From assembly GCA_000990585.1 (NCBI GenBank), contig LBQD01000001.1, forward strand, positions 141,501 to 205,500: a DNA stretch of 64,000 nucleotides, written 5' to 3'. Positions 37,694 through 47,393 of the stretch are shown here, piece by piece. The notes under the pieces are model-generated. The model was given only the letters and a program-made list of their open reading frames with translations. It did not search any database and was not told the origin of the DNA. Source of the stretch: Candidatus Moranbacteria bacterium GW2011_GWE2_35_2-. Lineage in GTDB: Bacteria; Patescibacteriota; Minisyncoccia; Moranbacterales; UBA9337. Made by a program: the position numbers and the translations under genes. The first letter of the stretch is position 1. Every line of letters starts with the position of its first letter.

Positions 37694-39181
37694 ATGTCAA
37701 AACAACATATTGCAAAATCGGCACTTTGGGTTGTGATCTCGGAGATTGTTTTTAACTTGTCCGGTTATATTATCCATAGCGTTGTCGGGAGGATATTGGG
37801 TCCGGCGGATTACGGACGCTACGGATTGGTCGTTACGCTTACCACAATGGTGATTATTTTGATTGGAAATGGAATCCCTACTGCAATGGCAAAATATATC
37901 AGTGAAATCTTTGACTCTAATCCGGCAATGGTTCTGGCGATTAAGCGGCGGGCAATTTTTTTGCAAAGCGCTATCATTGGAAGTATAACCTTATTGTTTT
38001 ATCTCCTTTCGCCATTAATTGCAAGAATATTGGGAGATCCGACACTCACTCATCTTTTTCGCATCTCAACCTTGATTATTCCGGCATTTGCCGCGGCTTC
38101 TTTTTATTTTTCATATTACACGGGACTTCATCTTTTTAATTTGCAGTCGATTCTCAAGGTTTCCCGTTCCGCAGTAAAAGTTATCGCCATTATTTTGCTG
38201 GCATATTTTTTTCATCTCAAAGGATCAATAGTCGGGTACATTCTTGCTCCGGCATCAGTTTTCCTGATTGCGTGGCTGATCGACAGATTCAGCGTTACAA
38301 AAAAAATTCGTGCTCAAATTACCGCTCAAAAACTTGAAACTGCTTCGTTCCCCTGGCAAAAACTTACGAATTACGCTTGGCAAATAATCATTTTTTTCTT
38401 GGCATACGAGCTTCTTATTAGTATCGATCTTTATCTTGTTAAAGGGATTTTGCATAGCGACTACCAAACCGGAATATATAATGCCGCCCTTACGGTTGGA
38501 CGCATTCCTTATTATATTTTTTATGCTCTTACGGTAATTTTACTTCCAACAATTTCAAAATCAACTTCGGAAAATAATCACGCGGAAACAAACAAAATCA
38601 TCAATCAATCTCTTAAAGTGATGATTATTCTTTTAGTGCCGGCAGTAGTTCTAATGTCAGTATTCGCTGAACCGATCATTAGAATATTCTACACGTCAAA
38701 ATATATTGATGCTGCCGCTCCAATGGCAATTCTCGTTGGCGGTGTTGGATTTTTGACGATATTTTATGTAATGAGTTTTGTAAGTAATGGTGCTGGAAAA
38801 ACTAAGCGACCGATGCTTATTTCTATATTTGGGTTAGTTATAAACACTATTCTCAATTATATTTTAATAAAAAAATATGCCTTAATCGGAAGTGCTATTG
38901 CTACATCTATCAGCTCATTGATTGTTATGTTGGTCGCGCTTTATTATATTCGTAAAGATTTTAAAATTACTTTAAAAATTAAAAATTATCTAAAAATAAT
39001 TTTTGCGGGAATTATTATGTATTCCCTCTCTCTTTTCTTTTCTCAAGGACGGTTTATTTTTATCTTATGGGCAATAATTTTACTTTTCATTTATTTCGCA
39101 ATTTTATATTTTATGGGTGAAATAGAAAAAGAGGAAATAATTTTCTTTCGAAAAATGTTATTTCGAAAAAATAACAAGTAA
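37694..39181 (+). CDS. Oligosaccharide flippase (Wzx/MOP family)
   Basis: About 14 TMs, RILGP.DYG, G.P.A..KY, GIYNAA. Confidence 0.9.
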   Translation: MSKQHIAKSALWVVISEIVFNLSGYIIHSVVGRILGPADYGRYGLVVTLTTMVIILIGNGIPTAMAKYISEIFDSNPAMVLAIKRRAIFLQSAIIGSITLLFYLLSPLIARILGDPTLTHLFRISTLIIPAFAAASFYFSYYTGLHLFNLQSILKVSRSAVKVIAIILLAYFFHLKGSIVGYILAPASVFLIAWLIDRFSVTKKIRAQITAQKLETASFPWQKLTNYAWQIIIFFLAYELLISIDLYLVKGILHSDYQTGIYNAALTVGRIPYYIFYALTVILLPTISKSTSENNHAETNKIINQSLKVMIILLVPAVVLMSVFAEPIIRIFYTSKYIDAAAPMAILVGGVGFLTIFYVMSFVSNGAGKTKRPMLISIFGLVINTILNYILIKKYALIGSAIATSISSLIVMLVALYYIRKDFKITLKIKNYLKIIFAGIIMYSLSLFFSQGRFIFILWAIILLFIYFAILYFMGEIEKEEIIFFRKMLFRKNNK

Positions 39182-39231
39182 ACACATATTAAACTATAAG
39201 CCTTGTTTTTCAGATAAAAAATTGCTATGCT

Positions 39232-40704
39232 TTGTTTATGAAAAATTTTCTAATAAATAAGGATTTTTGGAAAGCTCCCGGGTTTATATTATTTTTAATC
39301 CTTTTTTCTTTTTTTTTGCGCGAAGTTTTTTTGGTTGCCGTCTTCCCTATTTTTTCCGGACAAGATGAGGCGCGTCATTATAATACTATCCAATATTTAA
39401 ACGAGCCAAAAGAAAAAGTATGGGAAATTCGAGAAGCTGAGCAAATAAATGAGAAAAAAAATCTTGATACATATAATTTTTCCGAAGAAATAATCAATAC
39501 CGGAAACGCAGCTGAGATATTCGGATTTAAAGACTCTTTAAATAAAATAAATTTTCCCGCAGGAAGCATGGGTCGTAATGAAAATTTGATTAATTCTCGC
39601 CAATGGGAAGCTATAAATAAGAAATATCCCCCGGACATTACAGGCAGAGGCTATCAAGATTTGTATCATAGACTAGGGGCATTTATTGAAAAAAAAATCA
39701 GCAATCAAAGTATTTTAATACGTTTTTATTTGATCCGCATCTTTTCTGTTATTCTAGCGACTATATTTATTTTTCTTTCTTATTTTGTTTTTAAAAATTC
39801 CGGATTTTCCAAACAGCACAGCCTGATAATGACTGCTATAATTTCATTTCAAATGAAATTTTCCACTTATATGACAAATATCAATTATGCTCCATTGATG
39901 TTTGTCTCTTTTGCCGGTTTTACATTAGGAGGGGTTCTTTATCTTAAAAACGGATTACACTGGAAGAATATTTCATTAATGTTGGCGTCTGTTGTTATTG
40001 GAATATTTACCAAAGGTTCGGCTATTGTTTTAATTCCGGTTTTTGTTGGTCTTTTAGGATTTACGACTTGGAAAAAAATTAAAGAAGATAAAATAAACAA
40101 AAAAAACATTATCCTGGTTATTATTCTTTGTATATTTTTAGTATCACTTCTTTGTAGAAGTTATGATGTTTTGTCTTTTTTGCCAAAGACTGGCGGTGGA
40201 ATTGGCAAGACTATAGAATCTTTTTCTGATTATGCGTCCGCCAGTTTGCCAAAGATATACTCTTTATCAAAAAATTATTGGGGAAAAATAGGATGGGTCA
40301 GAATCGATTATGCTCTGAGCTTTATCTGGATAATTTGGATAATAGAAGCATTCGCACTTTATGGAATCGTTCGTTTCTTATTTTTTAAAGACAAAAGACC
40401 TGATTTTATTCCAGAAAGAAAATATATTTGGTTTTTCCTGACATTAATTATAGCATTGCAAATTGGAATTCGTTTTTTTGATTGGAGAATTTTTTCTACT
40501 AGCGGAAAACTAAATCTTGGAACACCGGGTAGATATTTCTTGCCAAATCTCCCGGTTCATATTGCCCTACTTTTTTCCGGATTAGGAATAATTATAAAAA
40601 AGAAAAGTTATTTTGATTATTTGATTGTGTTTTTTTTAATTTTAATATTCTTGCTTTCATTTCACATTATTTTCAATGTGATTGTTCCTCGTTATTACTT
40701 ATAA
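39232..40704 (+). CDS. GT-C fold membrane glycosyltransferase (DUF2142-like)
   Basis: P.F...DE..H in first loop, multiple TMs, GRYFLP. Confidence 0.7.
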   Translation: MFMKNFLINKDFWKAPGFILFLILFSFFLREVFLVAVFPIFSGQDEARHYNTIQYLNEPKEKVWEIREAEQINEKKNLDTYNFSEEIINTGNAAEIFGFKDSLNKINFPAGSMGRNENLINSRQWEAINKKYPPDITGRGYQDLYHRLGAFIEKKISNQSILIRFYLIRIFSVILATIFIFLSYFVFKNSGFSKQHSLIMTAIISFQMKFSTYMTNINYAPLMFVSFAGFTLGGVLYLKNGLHWKNISLMLASVVIGIFTKGSAIVLIPVFVGLLGFTTWKKIKEDKINKKNIILVIILCIFLVSLLCRSYDVLSFLPKTGGGIGKTIESFSDYASASLPKIYSLSKNYWGKIGWVRIDYALSFIWIIWIIEAFALYGIVRFLFFKDKRPDFIPERKYIWFFLTLIIALQIGIRFFDWRIFSTSGKLNLGTPGRYFLPNLPVHIALLFSGLGIIIKKKSYFDYLIVFFLILIFLLSFHIIFNVIVPRYYL

Positions 40705-41425
40705 CCATATGATGTTTTTTAAATACGCAATATCGCGCAAGACATTACTAGGGATATTTACTATCGGTCTTGTTTTAATTTTTGGCAGTCTGATTAAAAA
40801 TTTTTCTTTTCCTGATCAGAATTGGAATTTGGAAAAAGGAAAAAAAATAGGAATAAGCTCCGAAAAAAATGAAGAAGTTATTCAAAAATTCATTGCTAGT
40901 AAGGATAATCTTTCTCGTATAGATATTTTTTTGGGAAATTCAAAGATTGAAAGAGGTGGAACTTTGCAATTGGAGCTATTTAATAAATCATGCGAAAAAC
41001 TTCTCCGTAAAGATAAAATCAGAACCACAAGAATAAAATCTGAAAACTTTTTTACTTTTACTTTTCCAAAAATTCAAAAAACAGCAAATGAAATTCTTTG
41101 TATTAAACTTTCTTTTTATGATTGGAATAGCGACAAAAATAGAAGCGCTCAAGTATTTGTTCGCGACAATATTTTACCTGAAAATGTATTTTTCTCAATA
41201 AATCAAGAAATTATAAAAGGAAAGTCTTTATCTATGCGTCCAGCTTATCAAGAAAATTCGTGGCGAGAAAATATTTGGAAATTAAGCGAAAGAATATCTC
41301 AATATAAGCCGTGGTTTCTAAAAAATATGATCATCTTGTCTGTTTTAGTTATTGCGATTATCTCTTCAATTTTGCTAGTTGTAATAATTATATTTACTAT
41401 CATTAATAAATCTACTCTATCGTAA
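40682..41425 (+). CDS. Hypothetical protein with N- and C-terminal TMs and a beta-rich periplasmic domain
   Basis: ORF in operon with envelope genes. Confidence 0.65.
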   Translation: MFLVITYNHMMFFKYAISRKTLLGIFTIGLVLIFGSLIKNFSFPDQNWNLEKGKKIGISSEKNEEVIQKFIASKDNLSRIDIFLGNSKIERGGTLQLELFNKSCEKLLRKDKIRTTRIKSENFFTFTFPKIQKTANEILCIKLSFYDWNSDKNRSAQVFVRDNILPENVFFSINQEIIKGKSLSMRPAYQENSWRENIWKLSERISQYKPWFLKNMIILSVLVIAIISSILLVVIIIFTIINKSTLS

Positions 41426-41431
41426 AAAATA

Positions 41432-42844
41432 ATGGATATAAAAAATTTAAAAAAATTAACCCTACTTTTTTTAATTGTTCTTTTTTGTATTTTCTTAAAC
41501 CCGTCTTCGGCATTAACTGCCAGTTATGATTATTATGTAAAATCTTCAGCTTCAAAAGACGGAGACGGGAGTAAAGACGATCCATTTAGATTTTTTTCGG
41601 ACGCATTGGAAGAAGCGGACAATTCTGATAAAATATTTATTGCGAATGGTTTTTACGATGAAGAAGATATTTATATCGGAAAATCAATAAAAATAATCGG
41701 AGAAAGTGAAAACGGAGTTGTTTTTTCCGGAAAAATTTTGATGGGAAATAATTCGTTACTGCAAAATGTCAGTTTAAAAGATGCGCGGTCAAAAATTATT
41801 ATTGAAAAAGATGCCAATGCAACGATTCAAAATTGTACCGTACAAAATTTTTCCGGAATCGGGATTGAATCAATGCCAGGAAGCGGTACGCTTGAAATTT
41901 TGAATTCAAAAATAAAAGGAGGTGATAATAAAGGAATATATGTGCAGCGAGGAAAAAATATTAAAATTATTGGAAGTGAGATTATCGGAAACGAAGAAGA
42001 AGGAATCGATATTCGGTCGAATGTTTCAGGAATTATAAAAAATAATTTAATTACTAATAATAATGAAAGCGGGATTGAACTTATAGTTGGAAGCGCAAAT
42101 TTGAAAATATCCGACAATAAAATAAACGGCAATAATGCAAGCGGGATCGCAACACAATTCTACAAAGAATTTAGCAAAAGAGGAAGTATTTATATTGAAA
42201 ACAATTCATTGAGTGAAAATGGGAAATATGGAGTTGATTGCGCTAATCCGCATAATGGTGCCCCGGAAATTTCTTATTGGAGAAATTCTATTGAGATAAA
42301 TGGGAATGATATTTCGTTGAATGAAATAAAATCTATAAACGATCTTTGTAATTTTATTGATGCCGTAGAAGAAAATGAGGATGCGGACAATTTAATTACA
42401 GAAAATAAGAGTGTAGGAAATAAGTTAATTATGGATATGGAAGAAAAAGAGAAGATTAGAATAGAAGAAGATAAAAAAAGAGAAGAAAAAGAGCAGAAAT
42501 TAAACGAGATCGAGAATATAATAGAAAATCAAATTCAAGAAAATTATAAAACAGACTCCTTTATTGAAAAAATTAATCACCAATCAAAAATTATTAAATT
42601 TTTTATCGGAACAAAAAAAGTAAAACTTGAAATGTTATTGGAAAATATAGAAAAAAATGAAAATCGTCTTAGAGAAGCCGAGCAAATACTAGGAATGATT
42701 CAAGTTGAAGCCGAGGAAGAAGTATCCATTCTAAATACAATAAAAGAAAATCAAGAAAAACTTAGACAACAAAAAGAATTTATTGCCGAAGAAGATAAGA
42801 TCTTTGGTATTTGGAAATGGCTGTCAGGATTATTCAGTGATTGA
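41432..42844 (+). CDS. Secreted right-handed beta-helix (pectin lyase-like) protein with coiled-coil tail
   Basis: Signal peptide, YYV...GDGS.DDPF, repeated N.I..N...GI units. Confidence 0.8.
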   Translation: MDIKNLKKLTLLFLIVLFCIFLNPSSALTASYDYYVKSSASKDGDGSKDDPFRFFSDALEEADNSDKIFIANGFYDEEDIYIGKSIKIIGESENGVVFSGKILMGNNSLLQNVSLKDARSKIIIEKDANATIQNCTVQNFSGIGIESMPGSGTLEILNSKIKGGDNKGIYVQRGKNIKIIGSEIIGNEEEGIDIRSNVSGIIKNNLITNNNESGIELIVGSANLKISDNKINGNNASGIATQFYKEFSKRGSIYIENNSLSENGKYGVDCANPHNGAPEISYWRNSIEINGNDISLNEIKSINDLCNFIDAVEENEDADNLITENKSVGNKLIMDMEEKEKIRIEEDKKREEKEQKLNEIENIIENQIQENYKTDSFIEKINHQSKIIKFFIGTKKVKLEMLLENIEKNENRLREAEQILGMIQVEAEEEVSILNTIKENQEKLRQQKEFIAEEDKIFGIWKWLSGLFSD

Positions 42845-42854
42845 TTTGATTTTT

Positions 42855-44594
42855 TTATTTTTGAAAAATTTCTCTCCACATATATCGTTTGGCGTTTTTA
42901 TTTGAATCATAATTAGACACATCGCGCACCAAACTTTTTTTGGAAATATTCTGATTGGTTATAAATTCTTCTTTTTGTTTCAATTGATAAACTGTAAGTG
43001 TTCCAAATTCTTTTTTTTCTCCTATCATGAATCTTTTTTCATATTTTCTGATATATTTATCATAATCAGATTGTGTTCTCACAACAGTAAAATAATTTGC
43101 ATTTTTATATACTTTTGATTTTTCAATATTATCACGAGGAATTTTTCGCATATCTAATAAGAACGTCAATGATCGATTAAACTCACTTTGTGCATTAAAA
43201 AGTATCGGGTATCCATTATTTTTATACGTGTTTTCCATTAGATTAGCGATTTCATTTTGCTGTTTTAATGTTATCCTTGTTTTTTGTTTTAATATTTTAT
43301 CTGTACCAATTTCAATATTTTCACTTTGAGCCAAAGATAATTGCCTGAAAAACCGCATATCAAAAACTATATTCGATATTACAAAAATTAAAACAAATAT
43401 TATTCCCACAATATTTTTATTTATCTTTAAAAGTCTAGTCATCTCTCCTATTAATAATCCAAGAAAAACAAAAGGAACAGCTGCGCTGATCAGAAAAAAT
43501 CTCGGGGATAAATCAAAGGAAATAGGTAAAAATATCACAAATACAACGCTAAACCAAAGAGCGTTTAAGGTTAAAAAATCTTTTTTTGTTATATTTTTTT
43601 CTGTTTTTAGGGCTATAATTAAGGAAAAAATAGATAGTGTTAACAAAATAAACGAGGCCATTCCTTTTACAAGATGATCACGGCAATCTTGATTACACTT
43701 TATGTCAAATCCAATTTTCTCTTTTGAACTAAAATCAATATCAAAAAAAACAACATCTTGAGATCCTGTGAGTATCGTCCAATATCCGGATGAGTGTTGT
43801 AAATAGTTTTCACTTATTTTTTCCGGCAATGTTTTTGGAGTTTCATCAGATTTTTCAGTAATAGCCGAAAAGAATTGTACCGAGTTATCTCCTCCGGTTT
43901 TTATTTCATTTATTATCATCGGTATATTCAGGAATAGAAATAGAAAAATTGATGCAATCCAAAATAAAAAATTTATCCGTGGTCTTTTTATTGAAATAAA
44001 AATAATTCCGATAAGGGGCGCGGCAACAAGTGCCAAGAAGTGAAATTGTACCAAAAAAGACAGTGATACAGATGATATAATAAGCCACCATCCTCTTTTT
44101 TTATCATCTTCATCAACAATGCGTAAAAGCGAATAAAAAAATAATATTCCAAAAAACGGAAGCATATTAGGATTCCATGCAAAACGTGAATATGTAATCA
44201 AAAATAATGAGCAAGAAAAAAGAGCTGTAAGTCCAATTGCCATACTTTTTTCAAAATATCTTCTGGTAAAAAGATAAAATATTCCCAAAGAAAAAATTGA
44301 AAACAATAGAGTCGGATAAGCAATTCCTTGCGGAGTATTTCCAAAAATTTTAGCTCCGACATATTGGATGTAATAAAATATTGGACCGAGTCTTAATATT
44401 GTTCCAGCTGCTCTTGGTCCGAGAAGTGGTAAATCCCCTGCTCCATTTTCAATTGCAGCTTTAATTATAAGAGCATCACGAGCTTGATCTAATTCGAAAT
44501 GAAGCCACGGAGTAAAATTATATGATCGAAAAAAAATTCCAATAAAAAAAACCGCAGTAAGAACTATAAGGAATGAAAAATTATTACGCCTCAT
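42855..44594 (-). CDS. ArnT/PMT-like (GT39/83) membrane glycosyltransferase
   Basis: DQARD, LLGP, LGP.FYY, YSRFAWNPN, QFH. Confidence 0.85.
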   Translation of the reverse strand: MRRNNFSFLIVLTAVFFIGIFFRSYNFTPWLHFELDQARDALIIKAAIENGAGDLPLLGPRAAGTILRLGPIFYYIQYVGAKIFGNTPQGIAYPTLLFSIFSLGIFYLFTRRYFEKSMAIGLTALFSCSLFLITYSRFAWNPNMLPFFGILFFYSLLRIVDEDDKKRGWWLIISSVSLSFLVQFHFLALVAAPLIGIIFISIKRPRINFLFWIASIFLFLFLNIPMIINEIKTGGDNSVQFFSAITEKSDETPKTLPEKISENYLQHSSGYWTILTGSQDVVFFDIDFSSKEKIGFDIKCNQDCRDHLVKGMASFILLTLSIFSLIIALKTEKNITKKDFLTLNALWFSVVFVIFLPISFDLSPRFFLISAAVPFVFLGLLIGEMTRLLKINKNIVGIIFVLIFVISNIVFDMRFFRQLSLAQSENIEIGTDKILKQKTRITLKQQNEIANLMENTYKNNGYPILFNAQSEFNRSLTFLLDMRKIPRDNIEKSKVYKNANYFTVVRTQSDYDKYIRKYEKRFMIGEKKEFGTLTVYQLKQKEEFITNQNISKKSLVRDVSNYDSNKNAKRYMWREIFQK

Positions 44595-44618
44595 TTTATT
44601 AATTGCAAAACATTAAAA

Positions 44619-45320
44619 TTATATTCCTACCACGTAACGAAAGAAAATTTCAAGCATACCATAGAGGAATCTTCCTAATAGCGGCGATGCCAAAAAAATA
44701 AACATCAATAAAAGGATGAAACCGAAAGATTCCAGCATTATTTTCGTTTCTGTTTTTATCGGAACAAGATAAAATAAAATTTTAGACCCATCCAAAGGAG
44801 GAATCGGGATTAAATTGAAAAATGCCAAAAAAACATTTATTACTACGATCATCGTAAATAAAAGAAAAAATATTGAAGATAATGAGCCTGAAACAGCAAA
44901 AACCAAGTTTGAATAATCTCCACGCAAAAGTCCGTTGATGATATCGATTTTACCAAGATGATTGATCGCAATGAACCGTGCGCCCAATCCGAAAATCAAT
45001 GCCACTACAATGTTCGATAGTGGTCCCGCCAAGCCAACCAAGGCCGGACCTTTTTTTTGATCCTTTAAATTGTATGGATTATATGGAACCGGCTTTGCCC
45101 ATCCAAATCCGAATCCAAAAGTAAAAATCATAAAAAGTGGTACCAAAAAAGAACCCCAAAAATCCAAATGTCGCAGAGGATTCAAAGTGAGTCTGCCGGC
45201 GTATTTTGCCGTCGAATCACCCAAATACAAAGCTGCCATTCCGTGAGACACCTCGTGAATCACTACGGACATAATAACAATCGAAACTTGGAATACTATC
45301 AGTACTATTTCTCCTGACAT
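44619..45320 (-). CDS. Site-2 protease (M50) family
   Basis: HEVSHG, GRLTLNP, GWAKPVP, AGP.SN, FNLIPIPPLDG. Confidence 0.95.
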   Translation of the reverse strand: MSGEIVLIVFQVSIVIMSVVIHEVSHGMAALYLGDSTAKYAGRLTLNPLRHLDFWGSFLVPLFMIFTFGFGFGWAKPVPYNPYNLKDQKKGPALVGLAGPLSNIVVALIFGLGARFIAINHLGKIDIINGLLRGDYSNLVFAVSGSLSSIFFLLFTMIVVINVFLAFFNLIPIPPLDGSKILFYLVPIKTETKIMLESFGFILLLMFIFLASPLLGRFLYGMLEIFFRYVVGI

Positions 45321-45412
45321 AATTTTTTATAATTTAAATTGTTATATCCCTTTCTCTTGCCAAAAACTACTTACTATGATACGATGATTTCTGTAATAAG
45401 GCAACCTAATTT

Positions 45413-45488
45413 CATAAAGCATACAACATAAAACACATAGCAGTAAATGCAAATGTTCTATGTTCCATGCTCTATGTTTTGTGATTTT
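45413..45488. repeat. Inverted heptamer arrays upstream of rpmB
   Basis: CATAAAG CATACAA CATAAAA... versus TGTTCTA TGTTCCA TGCTCTA TGTTTTG. Confidence 0.6.
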
Positions 45489-45656
45489 ATGAGTAGAACA
45501 TGTGAAATTTGCGGACGCGGAACCCAATCTGGAAATTCTCGAAGCCATTCCAATATCGCTTCCAAAAGAAAATTCAAGGTTAATGTTCAATCAAAGAAAA
45601 TTGAAGGAAAAAAAATGAAAGTTTGCGCCAAATGCATAAAAACTATTTCCAAGTAA
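45489..45656 (+). CDS. rpmB: 50S ribosomal protein L28
   Basis: MSRTCEICGR...GNSRSHS...KRKF..N.Q...CAKC. Confidence 0.95.
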   Translation: MSRTCEICGRGTQSGNSRSHSNIASKRKFKVNVQSKKIEGKKMKVCAKCIKTISK

Positions 45657-45657
45657 T

Positions 45658-45689
45658 AAAAAAACTCCCGGCATGCCGGGAGTTTTTTT
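45658..45689. terminator. Bidirectional intrinsic terminator
   Basis: AAAAAAACTCCCGGCATGCCGGGAGTTTTTTT. Confidence 0.85.
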
Positions 45690-45707
45690 ATTAGAATTAT
45701 TTTTTCA

Positions 45708-46775
45708 TCAAACATCCCTGCTCATCATATAATCAGCCATTCCTAAAAGAAATTCTTTGGCTTCACTTTTTATCTGAGCACTCTCAATTTCTTTTTTTCC
45801 TTGCTTGATAAAATCAGTGGCTGTTTTTTGCGCATATTCCAATGCACCGGAAGCAATAATCGCCCGACGGAATTCATCAATATCTTTAGATGTTAATTTC
45901 TCTTTCCCCAGCAAACTCTTAATGACCTTTTTTTGATCAGCTTTTCCAATTTCCAAAGCGCGCGCCACTAAAATTGTTTGTTTTCCTTCTTGAATATCTG
46001 AACCAACCGGTTTTCCGATTTTTCTCTCTGATCCAAAAATTCCCAAAATATCATCTTGAATTTGAAAGGCAATTCCGATCGGAATGGAAAAGCGAGTAAT
46101 TTTTTCCAAAAGTTCATCGCCGGCTCCGCCCAAAATCGCTCCCAAATGAAGCGGACCTTCGATGGTATATTTGGCAGTTTTATTTTTGTACATTTGCAAA
46201 ATTTCTTTCTCGCTCGCCTTTCCCGCATATTCAATATATACATCTTGTGATTGTCCGATAACCGTCATAGAAACAATCCCTTGTAATCGGTCCAATGCCT
46301 TCATGATATTTTTTGTGTCAAAATCCGAATTGAAAATGATTTGATTTCCCATTGCCCCTACCATATCCCCCACAATAATCGCGATGGAATTACCAAAATG
46401 CGCGCTGTCTTTTTTGGGAAAATATTTTTTCCCCAATTTGGAAAAATGATAGTGCGCTGTGTCCACTCCGTGGCGCATATCGTCCTTATCAATGATATCA
46501 TCATGGATGAGAAGAAAAGCGTGAATAAGTTCAATGCTTACTGCGGTCTTGAGAGCTTTTTCTCTTTCTTTTCCTCCAGCAGCCAAATAGCCATAATACA
46601 TGAGTGCTGGGCGCAATCTTTTACCTCCGGAAAGCACATATTTTTTCACAAATCGCAAAGCATCGGCGATAAATAGGTCTTCCTTCCCTGCTTCTTTGAT
46701 AGCTTTATCCAGATATTTTTCAATTTCCGGATCCAGTAAATCCTTAAATTTTTTCAGCTCCTCCTTAATGTCCAT
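45708..46775 (-). CDS. Polyprenyl (geranylgeranyl) diphosphate synthase
   Basis: GGKRLRP, HDDIIDKD..R (FARM), KTA.Y, FQIQDDILG. Confidence 0.93.
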   Translation of the reverse strand: MDIKEELKKFKDLLDPEIEKYLDKAIKEAGKEDLFIADALRFVKKYVLSGGKRLRPALMYYGYLAAGGKEREKALKTAVSIELIHAFLLIHDDIIDKDDMRHGVDTAHYHFSKLGKKYFPKKDSAHFGNSIAIIVGDMVGAMGNQIIFNSDFDTKNIMKALDRLQGIVSMTVIGQSQDVYIEYAGKASEKEILQMYKNKTAKYTIEGPLHLGAILGGAGDELLEKITRFSIPIGIAFQIQDDILGIFGSERKIGKPVGSDIQEGKQTILVARALEIGKADQKKVIKSLLGKEKLTSKDIDEFRRAIIASGALEYAQKTATDFIKQGKKEIESAQIKSEAKEFLLGMADYMMSRDV

Positions 46776-46962
46776 ATAATTAACATTTGATATAAAAAAA
46801 TAATAAATAAGCGCTTTTTTCCATTTTTACCTACCCTGTTCAGTTTATTCCAAAACACAAAACAAGGCAAGAAAAAACAAAAGTGCGATTCGCAATTTAT
46901 TACGTATTAAAGTGCTTTTTGGTCTCTATAATTCACTACTCCATAATTATGTGCTATAATAA

Positions 46963-47232
46963 ATGCATATGGAAACAATAATGAAAGCGGACATTTTTTT
47001 CTTCATTTCTTCCGTTTCGTTGGTAATTTTAACGATATTATTTTGTATTATCTTGTTTTATCTCATCAAAGCCGGAAGAAATCTTTATTTGATTTCAGAA
47101 AAAATGCAACAACATTTCAAAAGCTCGGAAGAATTCGTTTTTGAACTCAAAGAAAGACTCGAAGAAAATATACTTTTCCGATTATTCTTTCCTCCTTCAA
47201 GAAGACATAAACGTTCTTCGAGAAAAAATTAA
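46963..47232 (+). CDS. Small single-TM protein
   Basis: ADIFFFISS + TM + basic tail; TGCTATAAT just upstream. Confidence 0.7.
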   Translation: MHMETIMKADIFFFISSVSLVILTILFCIILFYLIKAGRNLYLISEKMQQHFKSSEEFVFELKERLEENILFRLFFPPSRRHKRSSRKN

Positions 47233-47250
47233 TATTCAAGCAAGAAACGA

Positions 47251-47283
47251 AAACAGCCTTCTTTCTGAGAGAGGCTGTTTTTT
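47251..47283. terminator. Terminator hairpin, probably the original one downstream of tRNA-Trp
   Basis: AAACAGCCT...AGGCTGTTT with T runs on both strands, next to displaced CGTGCCA. Confidence 0.75.
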
Positions 47284-47286
47284 ACT

Positions 47287-47350
47287 TGGCACGCCACAGT
47301 AAAGGACGTTAGAACTATTTTTATGAATAATAAGGATTACATCTATATTC
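47287..47350. repeat. att-like direct repeat copy 1, containing the displaced tRNA 3' end
   Basis: GCACGCCACAGTAAAGGACGTTAGAAC 26/27 identical to 49934; ATCTATATTC at +52 in both. Confidence 0.85.
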
Positions 47351-47393
47351 CTGATTTGAGAGAAACTTGCGATAATATTTCATGCTAACTTAT

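Noticed and set aside
45342-45590. 82-aa minus-strand ORF and the extended 45447 start of rpmB
   Set aside because: Antisense to rpmB and running through the heptamer repeats; L28 homology starts at ATG 45489.
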